A DNA stretch of 64,000 nt from Candidatus Latescibacterota bacterium (GTDB lineage: Bacteria > Latescibacterota > UBA2968 > UBA8231), in the NCBI GenBank assembly GCA_965221775.1, contig CBDCSU010000005.1, forward strand, positions 640,001 to 704,000, read 5' to 3'. The position numbers and the translations under genes were made by a program. Shown in pieces: positions 1-9,454 of the stretch. The notes below the pieces were generated by a model. It was not told the DNA's origin. It ran no database searches and saw only the letters and a program-made list of their open reading frames with translations. The stretch's first letter is position 1. Every line of letters begins with the position of its first letter.

Positions 1-1
1 C

Positions 2-577
2 GAGGACGCGATCAAGTCCGTGCGGCAGCGGTTGCAGGCCCGCAAAGACGCGCTCGTCGCCGAGTGGGAGACGGCGAAGGCCGTCGCCGCCGAGCTGAGA
101 GACCTCTCACAAGGCCGCCTCAAGGAGGTCTCTGACGAGTTGCGCAGCGAGATGGGCGACGTGCTGGAGCACGGCTCCTACTTCGCCGATGGCGCGGCCG
201 AGGGTGGGGACAGGAGCCACTATTGCCGCTACCAGATCATCCAGACCGCAAGGCAGCTCGACTACTTCGCAAACACCCACACATACCGTTCGTGGGCACG
301 CCTTGTGATGAGAAACGACAATCAGACGGAAATGTTGATCGCCTTCCACGGAATCGGCCATGAGTTCCAAGGGGTTCTCGCGTGCTCGGCGACCTGGTTC
401 CAGCGTGTGGAGACAGAGGAAGGCGAGAGGGAAATCGGCCCGGTGACGCCCGTGACGGACGACGTATTCCAGATCAACTACAAGGAGCCTCGCGAGGATG
501 TGGAGGTCAGGTTCCGGAACTGGCTGGAGGAGGCCATCGTCCGTGGTCTGGGCCTGTGGCAGGAGACCTCCCTGTGA
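2..577 (+). CDS. C-terminal part of a protein truncated by the window edge; resembles the C-terminal region of long Fic-family proteins
   Basis: Open frame from base 2 to TGA at 575-577, coding-like composition. Family recalled from the C-terminal sequence only; the Fic motif is not in the window. Confidence 0.45.
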   Translation, partial: EDAIKSVRQRLQARKDALVAEWETAKAVAAELRDLSQGRLKEVSDELRSEMGDVLEHGSYFADGAAEGGDRSHYCRYQIIQTARQLDYFANTHTYRSWARLVMRNDNQTEMLIAFHGIGHEFQGVLACSATWFQRVETEEGEREIGPVTPVTDDVFQINYKEPREDVEVRFRNWLEEAIVRGLGLWQETSL

Positions 578-659
578 GGCGGTCGCCCCGTATCCTGCCG
601 ACGATCATCTGCCCGCTGGTCTCGGGCTGAGCCCGCCACACCCCGTCCGCGGAGGTCCC

Positions 660-1256
660 TTGCGCATCGTCACCGGCAGCCTGCGCGGCCGCAGGATCCC
701 CGTCAGCTCCGGCCGGCAGGGGGACATCGGCGTCACCCCGGGCCGGCTGAAGGAGGCCGTCTTCGCCAAGCTCGGGCCGTCCCTGGAGGGGATCGCCTTC
801 CTCGACCTGTGCGCCGGCTCCGGGCAGATGGCCCTGGAAGCCTACAGCCGCGGCGCCCGGGTGACCGCGGTGGAGCCCGACCGCCGCCGGCGCGAGGCCC
901 TGCGCCGGCTCATGGAGAGCTGGGGTGTCAACCACTTGGAGCTGCTCGGAGGCCGCGCCCAGACGGTGCTGAGGAAGCTGGCCGCCGAGGGCCGGCGTTT
1001 CGACGTCATCTACCTCGACCCGCCGTACCGGGCGCTGCACAACGGCCGTCCCCTGAGCCAGGTCCTGCTCGCCGCCGCCGGCCGCTCCGGGATCCTCGCC
1101 GAGGACGGCCTGCTGCTCGTGCAGCACCCGAAGGGCCTCGACCTGCCCGAGTCGCCGCAGGGGCTGCGCCGGGCCGACGCGCGCCGGCACGGGACCACCG
1201 GCCTGAGCGAGTACCGCCCCGCCCCCTTGACCACCTCCATGACGGGGCTATCCTAG
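660..1256 (+). CDS. rsmD: 16S rRNA m2G966 methyltransferase RsmD-like
   Basis: TTG start after GGAGG (651-655); LRIVTGSLRGR N-terminus, FLDLCAGSG SAM motif, IYLDPPY motif. Confidence 0.85.
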   Translation: MRIVTGSLRGRRIPVSSGRQGDIGVTPGRLKEAVFAKLGPSLEGIAFLDLCAGSGQMALEAYSRGARVTAVEPDRRRREALRRLMESWGVNHLELLGGRAQTVLRKLAAEGRRFDVIYLDPPYRALHNGRPLSQVLLAAAGRSGILAEDGLLLVQHPKGLDLPESPQGLRRADARRHGTTGLSEYRPAPLTTSMTGLS

Positions 1257-1261
1257 TCGCC

Positions 1262-2119
1262 ATGGACTTCACCCCCCTTACCGACGAACAACGGCAGAGC
1301 TTCGACCGGGACGGATTCCTCGTCGTGCCGGGTGCCCTGCCCGACGACCTGCGGACGCGCCTCGAGGCCGCCTGCGACCGCCTCTACGCCGAGGGCCTGG
1401 CCGCCGAGGGCCTGAACGACCGCGGCTTCTGGCAGATGCGCAACTGCCTGCCGCGGGACGACGCCTTCCTCGACCTGCTCGACTGCGCGGCCACGGTCCC
1501 CCTGGTGGTGCAGCTCCTCACCCACAACGTGCAGCTCATCACCTCCCACCTCGTGGTGCGCCCGCCGAGCGCCGACGGTCCCGGGGGCGACCGCAAGGTC
1601 TCGGGCTGGCACCGCGACGGCGGCACCTCGCCCAGCGACCTGGGCCTGGCGCAGCCGCGCATGTTCATCAAGATCGCCTACTGGCTCTCCGACCTGTCCG
1701 AGCCCGGACGGGGCGCCATCCGCCTGCTGGCCGGCAGCAACGACACCTCGGTGCCCAAGCCCGACGCCGACACCGACGGCGACCACCTCGAGATCCGCGC
1801 CCGGCCCGGCGACGCCGTGCTCTTCGAGAACCGCACCCTCCACGCCGTGGGCAACAACTACTCGACGGTCACCCGCAAGAGCGTGTTCTTCGGCTACGGG
1901 TACCGGTGGATCCGGCCCATGGACTACGCCGCCCACTCCGACGAGTTGCTGGCGCGCTGCGACCCCGTCCGCCGGCAGCTGCTCGGCGACAGCTCCGGCC
2001 CCATGGGCTTCCAGCTCCCCGAGCCCGGGGAGGTGCCGCTGAGGGAGTGGCTCGGCGAGCACACGGGCGAGGTCGTCTCGGCGAAGGCGGAGACCCCCGG
2101 CATCTTCGCCACCCGCTGA
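1262..2119 (+). CDS. Phytanoyl-CoA dioxygenase (PhyH) family Fe(II)/2OG oxygenase
   Basis: LTDEQRQSFDRDGFLVV N-terminus, WHRD (HxD), distal TLHAVG, RKS. Confidence 0.88.
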   Translation: MDFTPLTDEQRQSFDRDGFLVVPGALPDDLRTRLEAACDRLYAEGLAAEGLNDRGFWQMRNCLPRDDAFLDLLDCAATVPLVVQLLTHNVQLITSHLVVRPPSADGPGGDRKVSGWHRDGGTSPSDLGLAQPRMFIKIAYWLSDLSEPGRGAIRLLAGSNDTSVPKPDADTDGDHLEIRARPGDAVLFENRTLHAVGNNYSTVTRKSVFFGYGYRWIRPMDYAAHSDELLARCDPVRRQLLGDSSGPMGFQLPEPGEVPLREWLGEHTGEVVSAKAETPGIFATR

Positions 2120-2194
2120 GCAAGCGGGACCCTCCCCAAGACCTGTTCCCCGCTCCGGACCCGGATCCCCGGTCCGGGCCGCACCGGACCTGCC

Positions 2195-2950
2195 ATGCGC
2201 TTCCGCCCCTGCATCGACCTCCACGAAGGACGGGTGAAGCAGATCGTCGGCGGCAGCCTGCGCGAGGGCGAGGCGCCGCGGACGAACTTCGACGCCGGCA
2301 GGCCCCCGGCGTACTACGCGGACCTCTACCGGCGCGACGGCCTGCCCGGCGGCCACGTGATCATGCTCGGCCCCGGGAACGAGGCGGCCGCCGCCGAGGC
2401 CCTGGCCGCCTTCCCCGGCGGCCTGCAGGTTGGCGGCGGCATCGACCCCGGCAACGCAGCCGACTGGCTCGACCGGGGAGCCGCCGCCGTCATCGCCACC
2501 TCCTTCGTCTTCCGAGGCGGCAGCTTCCGGCCCGGCGCCCTGCGGGAGCTGTCCGCGGCTGCCGGCCGCGAGCGCCTTGTCCTCGACCTCAGCTGCGCTC
2601 CCCTGGAGGACGGCCGCTACGTCGTCGCCGCCGACCGCTGGCAGCGCCTCACCGACTTCGAGATCACCCGGGACGGACTTGAGCGGCTGGCCGAGCACTG
2701 CTCTGAGTTCCTCGTCCACGCCACCCAGGTGGAGGGTCTGCAGGAAGGCGTGGACGAGCGCCTCGTCGCCCTGCTGGCCGAGACCTCCCCCCTGCCCACG
2801 ACCTACGCCGGCGGCGTGCGCTCCCTGGCCGACGTGGACCGCATCGCCGAGCTGGGCGGCGGACGCCTGGACTACACGGTGGGCAGCGCCCTGGACTTGT
2901 TCGGGGGTTCGGGGGTGAGGTACGCGGACCTCGTGGAGCGGGAACCCTGA
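2195..2950 (+). CDS. hisA: Phosphoribosylformimino-5-aminoimidazole carboxamide ribotide isomerase (His6/eukaryotic-type HisA)
   Basis: MRFRPCIDLHEGRVKQIVGG, GGHVIMLGPGN, LQVGGGI, TVGSALDLFGG. Confidence 0.9.
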   Translation: MRFRPCIDLHEGRVKQIVGGSLREGEAPRTNFDAGRPPAYYADLYRRDGLPGGHVIMLGPGNEAAAAEALAAFPGGLQVGGGIDPGNAADWLDRGAAAVIATSFVFRGGSFRPGALRELSAAAGRERLVLDLSCAPLEDGRYVVAADRWQRLTDFEITRDGLERLAEHCSEFLVHATQVEGLQEGVDERLVALLAETSPLPTTYAGGVRSLADVDRIAELGGGRLDYTVGSALDLFGGSGVRYADLVEREP

Positions 2951-3001
2951 CAATTCGGGAGCGAACTCCAGAATTATCATGAGGATTCGGGAGTTCGGGC
3001 G

Positions 3002-3802
3002 GTGAACCTCGCATCCTTCACGGGCCCTCCGGCCTTCGGCAAGGCCTACCGGCAGATGCTCGACAACGACTCCCACGCCCCCGGGAGCGTCGACCGCGAG
3101 ATCGCGTCGAGCATGGTGAGGCTCCGCGAGGAGACGGCCTCTCACCTCTACGGCGCGTACACGGATCTGCACATCGGGTATGTCGCGGGATCCCGTCCCG
3201 GTCTCGAGGACTTCCTCTCCCGGACTGAACCGTCAGACGCCGACCCTGCGCGGCAGGTGGCCGCCATCGCCGAGCTCACCTCCGGCCTGGCAGCGAAGGG
3301 GCCGGACGACGGAATGTCCGCGATGAGGTTTGGAGGTTCCGAAGAGGAGATCATCGAGAGGGGCTCGGACTGGTGCACCGACGTGGCTCGAGTGGGGTGC
3401 GCGCTGTACCAAGTGGCCGGATACCCGGCCCGCATGGTGCATCTCTTCAACCTGAATGCGGCCTACAGCGGCCATGTGATCGTCGAGGTCCACCGGTCCG
3501 GGACCTGGGGTGCCGTCGACACCAGCTCGGGCGTCGTCTACCGGCTGGGCGATGGAATGCCCGCGACGACCTGGGATCTCATGAACGACGCAGAGCTGGT
3601 GGTCCAGCACCAGGGCCCCGAAGTGTGGTACACACACCCGGAGCAGTTCGCGGCGGCGGGCATCGCCAACTACCACCTGCGGGACTCGGACCGGTATGGC
3701 TTCACGGTGGCCGGGGTGAACGACTACTACCGCGCCATCCTGTCCATGGCCGGCCGGGGCTGGCCGGGCGGCCTCCGCTGGCTCCACGCCGAAGACGGAT
3801 GA
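3002..3802 (+). CDS. Transglutaminase-like domain protein
   Basis: Cys-His-Asp triad pattern: SDWCTDVARV, GHVIVEV, WGAVD. Confidence 0.75.
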   Translation: MNLASFTGPPAFGKAYRQMLDNDSHAPGSVDREIASSMVRLREETASHLYGAYTDLHIGYVAGSRPGLEDFLSRTEPSDADPARQVAAIAELTSGLAAKGPDDGMSAMRFGGSEEEIIERGSDWCTDVARVGCALYQVAGYPARMVHLFNLNAAYSGHVIVEVHRSGTWGAVDTSSGVVYRLGDGMPATTWDLMNDAELVVQHQGPEVWYTHPEQFAAAGIANYHLRDSDRYGFTVAGVNDYYRAILSMAGRGWPGGLRWLHAEDG

Positions 3803-3817
3803 ACACTGCTGTATCCC

Positions 3818-4585
3818 ATGGAACGGTCTGACACGTCAGAAGAGGGCCGTTACTTCGCCTCGGTCGCCGAGACCTACGATCGGCTTCAGCCCGTGCTGAG
3901 CCCTCCCTACGAGAGAGGCCTTGGGATGATCGTCGACCTCATCCCCTTCGATCCCGAGGAGGCCTTCGAGTTCGTCGATCTCGGGTGCGGCACGGCGGAA
4001 CCGAGCCTTCGCGTGCTGCAACACTTCCCCCATGCCACCGGTACCTGCATCGACAGCGAGCCGGGGATGCTCTCAATCGCCAAGGAGAAGCTCGCCGCGT
4101 TTACAGGCCGGGCGGAGGTCCTGCCGGGGGACATGACCCGCTGCGAGATCCCCGGGTGCGACGTGGTGCTCTCGGCCAAGGCCGTTCACCACGTGTCCCC
4201 GGACGACCTCTCCGCCCTGTTCGCCAGGATCCGCGGCGCCATCCGGCCCGGCGGATGCTTCATCCTCTACGACGCCATGTCACTGGGACCTGCCTGGGGG
4301 CCGGGTGCCCGGCAGCTGGCGTCACGCTTCCGCGAGCGTCACGTGAGGCGCGCCGTCGCCGCGGGGATCGCCACGGAGGAGGAGATCGAGCTCAGGCGGG
4401 ACTACAAGCGGAGGATGAAGGCCGCGGGAAAGGACGTCGAGTACGAGCACGGGGCGGAGGGGTTGATGCGCAGGATGGAGGAGGCCGGCTTCGACGAGGT
4501 GGCCGTCGCCTGGCGGATGTTCGCCGACACGATCCTGGTGGCCTTCAGTCAAGGAGAACCGGAGCCGACGCTGTCCGGCACATGA
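3818..4585 (+). CDS. Class I SAM-dependent methyltransferase
   Basis: VDLGCGTA motif I, CIDSE, GDM, IRPGGCFILYD. Confidence 0.85.
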   Translation: MERSDTSEEGRYFASVAETYDRLQPVLSPPYERGLGMIVDLIPFDPEEAFEFVDLGCGTAEPSLRVLQHFPHATGTCIDSEPGMLSIAKEKLAAFTGRAEVLPGDMTRCEIPGCDVVLSAKAVHHVSPDDLSALFARIRGAIRPGGCFILYDAMSLGPAWGPGARQLASRFRERHVRRAVAAGIATEEEIELRRDYKRRMKAAGKDVEYEHGAEGLMRRMEEAGFDEVAVAWRMFADTILVAFSQGEPEPTLSGT

Positions 4586-4636
4586 TACGGCAGGCTACCT
4601 CGACGGACTCACCGTCCTCCGATCTCGAGGAACGCC

Positions 4637-4968
4637 CTACGAGATCGCCAGGAACGCGGCTCCCGCCTCGGACCCGAAAACGAGCACCCCTGTCCGGTTG
4701 GACCGAAGCAACGCCTCGATGTCCGCCGTGGTGCAGTTGCCTCGGCGGATCCAGATGACCTTCGGAGGCGGCCCTCGAAGGAAGCTCACCTGGTGAAAGT
4801 CCGAGTCCTTCGAGACGATGGTGAGGTCATGCTCCTTGGCGTAGTCCCAGACCGCCGCGTCGCTCGCACGGGACAAGCCGACATCGCGGACGTGGACGGA
4901 GCCCGGGAACACGTCCGACAGACCGCCGACCAGGCGCGGGGACAGGTTCGCGTCGAAAGGAGCTTCAC
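4637..4968 (-). pseudogene. DUF5615/PIN-like toxin with a 1-nt frameshift after codon 4
   Basis: GTG AAG CTC CTT overlaps the antitoxin stop (GTGA), but FDANLSPRLV...DAAVW...SKDSDF...PPKVIWIR is in another frame; one base is missing near 4956-4958. Confidence 0.75.
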
Positions 4969-5192
4969 CCGGGCGGGATCGAAACGAGCCTGCGTTCACG
5001 CTCCGCCGCGAAGGCGAGCGCCGCCCGGATGTCGGCGCGCTCCAAGTCCGGGAAATCGGCCAGGATCTCGGCCTCCGTCATCCCGGCCGCCAAGTACTCG
5101 AGGACATCGTACACCGTGATCCTGAGCCCGCGAATGCACGGCTTCCCGCCCCTCTTCCCCGGCTCCAGCGTGATGCGATCCAGTTTGCCCAT
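4965..5192 (-). CDS. DUF433 family antitoxin
   Basis: RITLEPGKRGGKPCIRGLRITVYDVLEYLAAGMTEAEILADFPDL is the typical DUF433 pattern; lies upstream of the PIN gene. Confidence 0.9.
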   Translation of the reverse strand: MGKLDRITLEPGKRGGKPCIRGLRITVYDVLEYLAAGMTEAEILADFPDLERADIRAALAFAAERERRLVSIPPG

Positions 5193-5198
5193 GCCGGC

Positions 5199-6533
5199 TC
5201 ACCCGCCCCCCGTCCACTTCAGATACAGGTTGACCGCCGTGAAGTTGACGATCGCCCAGAGGCTGGCCATCAGGCCCAGCTCCAGCCACATCGACATGCG
5301 CCGGTCCGCCGCCTCGCGCATGGCCAGGTGGAGGACGCCGAAGGCGAGGGGGATGAGCAGCAGGTTGTTGGCGTTGGCCCCGAGCAGCACCAGCAGGAAG
5401 GGGGTATCCGACTTGACTAGGATCACCAGCAGCCAGAAGGCTGGGAACGCCACCTGCAGGGCGCGGGCAACGCGCATGCGCCCGGTCTCGCCGGCGGCGG
5501 CAGGCAGCTTCAGGCGCTGCAGGAAGTCGGCGCCGATCCGCCCGGAGCTGGCGGCGAAGACCAGCAGGGTCGAGAACAGGGTGCAGAAGGCGCCGAACAT
5601 GAAGACCGCCTTGGCCGCCGGCCCCAGGGTCTCGGTGAAGATCAGGGAGACGCGGTCGGCCACGTCGATCCCCGCGGGCAGGACCTGCAGGCGCGACAGC
5701 ACCGAGGCGCCGAGCAGGTAGTAGGCGCAGGTGATGGCCAGGGCGATCGCCGTGCACACCCCGGCGTCGGTGGCCAGGACCCGCATCCAGCCTCGGTAGC
5801 GGGCGCGCCACTCGGGGGTGCCGTCGTCGGGGCCGACGAAGCGCGGATAGCCTTTCTCGCGCACCCAGTAGGGATACATGAACAGCTCCACCGCGGTGGC
5901 CCCCACCGAGCCCATCACCGCCAGGGCCACGAAGGCGCCCTCGGCGGGCATCTCGAAGCGGAACCCCGAGGCCACCTCGGCCGCCGACATGGCGTGGGGG
6001 GTGGTCTGCAGGACGATCAGGCAGCCGATGACGATGGTGCTGAAAGTGGCTACCAGGACGGCGACCATCTTTTCCAGGTCCTGGTACAGCCCCCGCCACA
6101 ACAGCACGGTCATCACCACGAAGACCAGCACCGCCCACGCCTGGTAGGGGAGGACGGGCAGCACCGACTGCATGAGTCCCGCCACCGAGCCGAGGATGCC
6201 GATGACGGCGATGAAGACCGAGAAGTAGCCGGCCACGCAGATCCAGGTGGCCAGCGAGACGCCGCCGGGACGGAACCCGGGGAGCCGGTCGAGGGCGTCG
6301 ATGGTGGTGTCGTCGTGGAGCAGGCACTGGCGGCCGAGCTCGAGCTGGATGAAGAACTTGACGACGCAGGCCAGGATCACCCCCCAGAGGAAGACGAAGC
6401 CGACCTCGGCGCCCATGCGGGTGGTCACCAGCAGCTCGCCGGAACCGACCACCGAGCCGGAGACCACGACCCCCGGCCCGATGTTGCGCAGCAGGCCCCA
6501 CAATCCCCGGGGCGGCGGACGCCTGGCGCTCAC
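5199..6533 (-). CDS. Nramp-family (MntH-like) transporter
   Basis: IGPGVVVSGSVVGSGEL N-terminal motif, about 11 hydrophobic segments, YPYW. Confidence 0.8.
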   Translation of the reverse strand: MSARRPPPRGLWGLLRNIGPGVVVSGSVVGSGELLVTTRMGAEVGFVFLWGVILACVVKFFIQLELGRQCLLHDDTTIDALDRLPGFRPGGVSLATWICVAGYFSVFIAVIGILGSVAGLMQSVLPVLPYQAWAVLVFVVMTVLLWRGLYQDLEKMVAVLVATFSTIVIGCLIVLQTTPHAMSAAEVASGFRFEMPAEGAFVALAVMGSVGATAVELFMYPYWVREKGYPRFVGPDDGTPEWRARYRGWMRVLATDAGVCTAIALAITCAYYLLGASVLSRLQVLPAGIDVADRVSLIFTETLGPAAKAVFMFGAFCTLFSTLLVFAASSGRIGADFLQRLKLPAAAGETGRMRVARALQVAFPAFWLLVILVKSDTPFLLVLLGANANNLLLIPLAFGVLHLAMREAADRRMSMWLELGLMASLWAIVNFTAVNLYLKWTGGG

Positions 6534-6850
6534 CCGCGGGTCTCCGGGCGGGCGGGGTACGGGCCGCGGGGGAACTCCCCGCCCCGAGGCGCGGCTTGAG
6601 CCCCGTGCTCCGGGCGGCGGCTCCGGCGGCCCGGGAATCCCTCGTCCGCCGCGGGTCGGGTCCCGGGCTGGCCCGGGGTGGCCCCCTGTCCGGCGATCAG
6701 CGCTGCCATCGGCCCTCCTTCCAGGTGAGCGTCGCCCCTCATCTACGCAGATCGCCGCCGCCCGGCAAGGCGGGAACGCCGGCGGAGCCGGGTCACCGCT
6801 TGCCCGTTTCCGTGAGGCCGGCTTTCGTTGACCGCAGGAAAGGAGCCGCC

Positions 6851-7603
6851 ATGCTGTCCACCGAGCAGACCGAACGCTTTCACGTCGAGGGATACCTGAT
6901 CCTCGACCCGTGCCTGGAGGAGGAAGAGTTGGAGGCCCTGCGCGAGCGCGTGCGCGGGATCGCCGATGGCGACCTCGACTTCCCCGAGAGCTCCGTCGAG
7001 TACGAGCCCGGGGCCTCGGGCCGGCGCATGGCGAGCCTGCGCAAGATCAACCACCCCAGCCGCCACGACTCGTTCTTCGTCGACCACGCCCGCCATCCGC
7101 GCATCCTCGAGGCGATGGTCGACCTCCTGGGCGAGGACATCAAGCTCTTCGGCGACCAGCTGTTCATGAAGCCCCCCGGCGGCATCGAGAAGACCTACCA
7201 CCAGGACTGCCCCTACTTCCCCGTCCGCCCCATGGAGGTGATCACCGCCTGGGTCGCCCTCGACGAGGTGACCGTGGAGAACGGCTGCATGTACGTGGTG
7301 CCGGGCAGCCACAAGCTCGGCGCCGTCGACCACAGCGAGCCGTGGATGGTGGGCGAGCGCAAGGACATGAAGATCCCCGACGCCGCCATCGACCGGGAGC
7401 GGGAGCGGCCCGTGACCCTGCGCGCCGGGGGCTGCTCCTTCCACCACGGCCTGATCCAGCACCGCTCCGGCGCCAACCGCACGCAGAGCTTCCGCCGCGG
7501 CCTGGCCACCCACTACATGACGGCGAAGTCCCGCTGGGTCGGAGAGGGCGAGCGGCCCGGCTACCACCTGCTCAGCGGCCGGGAGTACGAAGGCTGCGTC
7601 TGA
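6851..7603 (+). CDS. PhyH family Fe(II)/2OG dioxygenase
   Basis: ATG after AGGAG; FMKPP, YHQD, WVALD, ENGCM, PGSH, QHRSGAN, RRG. Confidence 0.92.
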   Translation: MLSTEQTERFHVEGYLILDPCLEEEELEALRERVRGIADGDLDFPESSVEYEPGASGRRMASLRKINHPSRHDSFFVDHARHPRILEAMVDLLGEDIKLFGDQLFMKPPGGIEKTYHQDCPYFPVRPMEVITAWVALDEVTVENGCMYVVPGSHKLGAVDHSEPWMVGERKDMKIPDAAIDRERERPVTLRAGGCSFHHGLIQHRSGANRTQSFRRGLATHYMTAKSRWVGEGERPGYHLLSGREYEGCV

Positions 7604-7714
7604 GCGCGGGCGCCTGAAGGGCCGCGGGGCCCGCTCGGGGAACGGCCCTCCGGCAACCTTCCGGGCCCGCTCGGGCCCGCGGATCCAGTCCGCGCCACCT
7701 GACCCGCCGCCGGC

Positions 7715-8737
7715 TCAGCCCGGCGCCTGGCGGTCCAGACTCTCCAGCAGCACCCGGGCCTTCTCGCGGCGCCCGGGATCCTTGTCGCGGGCGACGATCC
7801 GCTGCAGGGTCGAGCGCGCCCGCGGGTCCCCCTTCTCGGCCATCTCCAGGGCCATGGCGTCCCGCTTCGCGTGGTAGCTGGGGTCGTACTCCTTCAGGTC
7901 CAGGCTGCGCCCCTCCCAGTAGAAGCGGTACGGCGAGTCGGGCCTCCAGCCGGCGTAGATCTCTTCCCACGTCTGGGGCCGCGTGAAGGGCATCAGCGTC
8001 TCCGGCGCGATCGGGTCGCCGACGCGCTGGAAGCGGGCGTCGAAGGACATGCGCAGGCGCTCGGAGACGTTGGGAACGCCCCGGTGCACGGCGAGGCTGT
8101 GGAAGAACAGGATGTCGCCCTGGGCGAAGGGACCGCCGCGCCAGGTGCCGTCGAAGGAGCGGGTGATCTCGATGCCGCCGGCGCCGAGACCCGGCCGGAA
8201 GTCGTAGACCCCGCCCAGATGCGAGCCCTCGGCGATCTGGACGCCGCCCATCTCCGCGGACAGGTCCGAGAGCGGGATCCAGGCGGTGTACGTCGACTCC
8301 GTGCCCTGGATGGGGATGAAGTCCTGGTGTGGCGGGGTCGTGTACGCCTCCCGCTGCGGGAAGATGGCCCGCGGGATCAGCCTCGGGTGGGGCAGGACCT
8401 CGGCGCCGCCGCACAGGCGCCCGAGCAGGCTCAGCAGCCCCGGGTCGTGCTGCAGGGCGTGAAACTCCTCCAGCCCGTGGACGGCGCGGATCACGGCCAT
8501 GTACTCCGGCTGCGGCTCGACCGTGAAGCCGTCGAGATCGGCCAAGGCCTCGGCGGGGTCCGTGTTGTCCAGGAGCCAGCCGGCGTCGCCGGCAAAGCCG
8601 AGGAAGCGCCGGCGCACGCTCTCCAGGTGATCGGCGGGCAGCAGGTTCCGCACGAAGAGGTAGCCGTCGCGGTCCATGCGCCGCGCCAGCTCGGGGCCGT
8701 CGTCGACGGCGTCGGTGGAATCGAGAAACGGTTTCAC
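7715..8737 (-). CDS. PhyH family Fe(II)/2OG dioxygenase with C-terminal helical extension
   Basis: RDGYLFVR, PHQD, AWIPL, EGSH, VHRG, RMSFDARFQ. Confidence 0.9.
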   Translation of the reverse strand: MKPFLDSTDAVDDGPELARRMDRDGYLFVRNLLPADHLESVRRRFLGFAGDAGWLLDNTDPAEALADLDGFTVEPQPEYMAVIRAVHGLEEFHALQHDPGLLSLLGRLCGGAEVLPHPRLIPRAIFPQREAYTTPPHQDFIPIQGTESTYTAWIPLSDLSAEMGGVQIAEGSHLGGVYDFRPGLGAGGIEITRSFDGTWRGGPFAQGDILFFHSLAVHRGVPNVSERLRMSFDARFQRVGDPIAPETLMPFTRPQTWEEIYAGWRPDSPYRFYWEGRSLDLKEYDPSYHAKRDAMALEMAEKGDPRARSTLQRIVARDKDPGRREKARVLLESLDRQAPG

Positions 8738-8897
8738 GCTCTCCCCCGTGGGTGAGGTAGTGGGCTTGGTGCGCCGTCAAAGGTAGGACATGGCGGCGGG
8801 GAGCCGCAGGCGCCGCAGCCCCGAGGGGCACCGGCTTCTCGGCCGCCCGCCCGCGCCCGGAGCCATGGTGTCGGCTCTCGCTGCAGCCGCCAGAACA

Positions 8898-9290
8898 CGC
8901 CTGAGCCCGGTGTCTGCCGCCGGCATGGGGTAGCCCATCGGCGCTGCATCCACCGCCGGCCCCCGGGCGGTCCTGTCGGCTGCGCCCATCCGCCAACGCC
9001 CGGCATCCGCCCGCTGCCCACCGCCGGCGTGGGGCGCCGTTTCGCTGCGGGCGCCAAGAACCGCCTGAACCCGGTGTCTACCGCCGGCCTGGGGGTAGCC
9101 CATCGGCACTGCATCCACCGCCGGCCCCCGGGCGGTCCTGTCGGCTGCGCCCATCCGCCAACGCCCGGTATCCGCCCGCTGCCCACGCCGGCATGGGGCG
9201 CCCCCTTCGCTGCGGGCGCCAGGAACCGCCTGAGCCCGGTGTCTACCGCCGGCATGGGGTAGCCCATCGGCGCTGCATCCACCGCCGGCC
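8898..9290. repeat. Intergenic tandem repeat, about 2.4 copies of a 164-165 bp unit
   Basis: CGCCTGA(G/A)CCCGGTGTCT...GGGGTAGCCCATCGGC(G/A)CTGCATCCACCGCCGGCC begins at 8898, 9062 and 9227. Confidence 0.9.
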
Positions 9291-9454
9291 GTCGGCTGCG
9301 GGCTCCTCCTTTGGCCCTCCGCCCCGCCCTCCGGTATGTTGTCGGCTCTCAAGCGCAGCCGGCCTGACCCGCATCGACCCGGTGCCACCGCCGGGCATCG
9401 GGTCAATGGCCAGCTCGCCGATAGCCGCGGCAACCCGCCCTTGGAGGACCAAAG

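Noticed and set aside
4621-4657. Short echo GATC...AGGAACGC at the PIN gene end
   Set aside because: Only about 15 nt with mismatches; cannot be separated from chance.
6540-6690. Weak GC-rich tandem similarity upstream of the Nramp gene
   Set aside because: Too degenerate in very GC-rich sequence to support.
8898-9290. Possible CRISPR array
   Set aside because: Whole 164-165 bp units repeat; there are no unique spacers and no cas genes.
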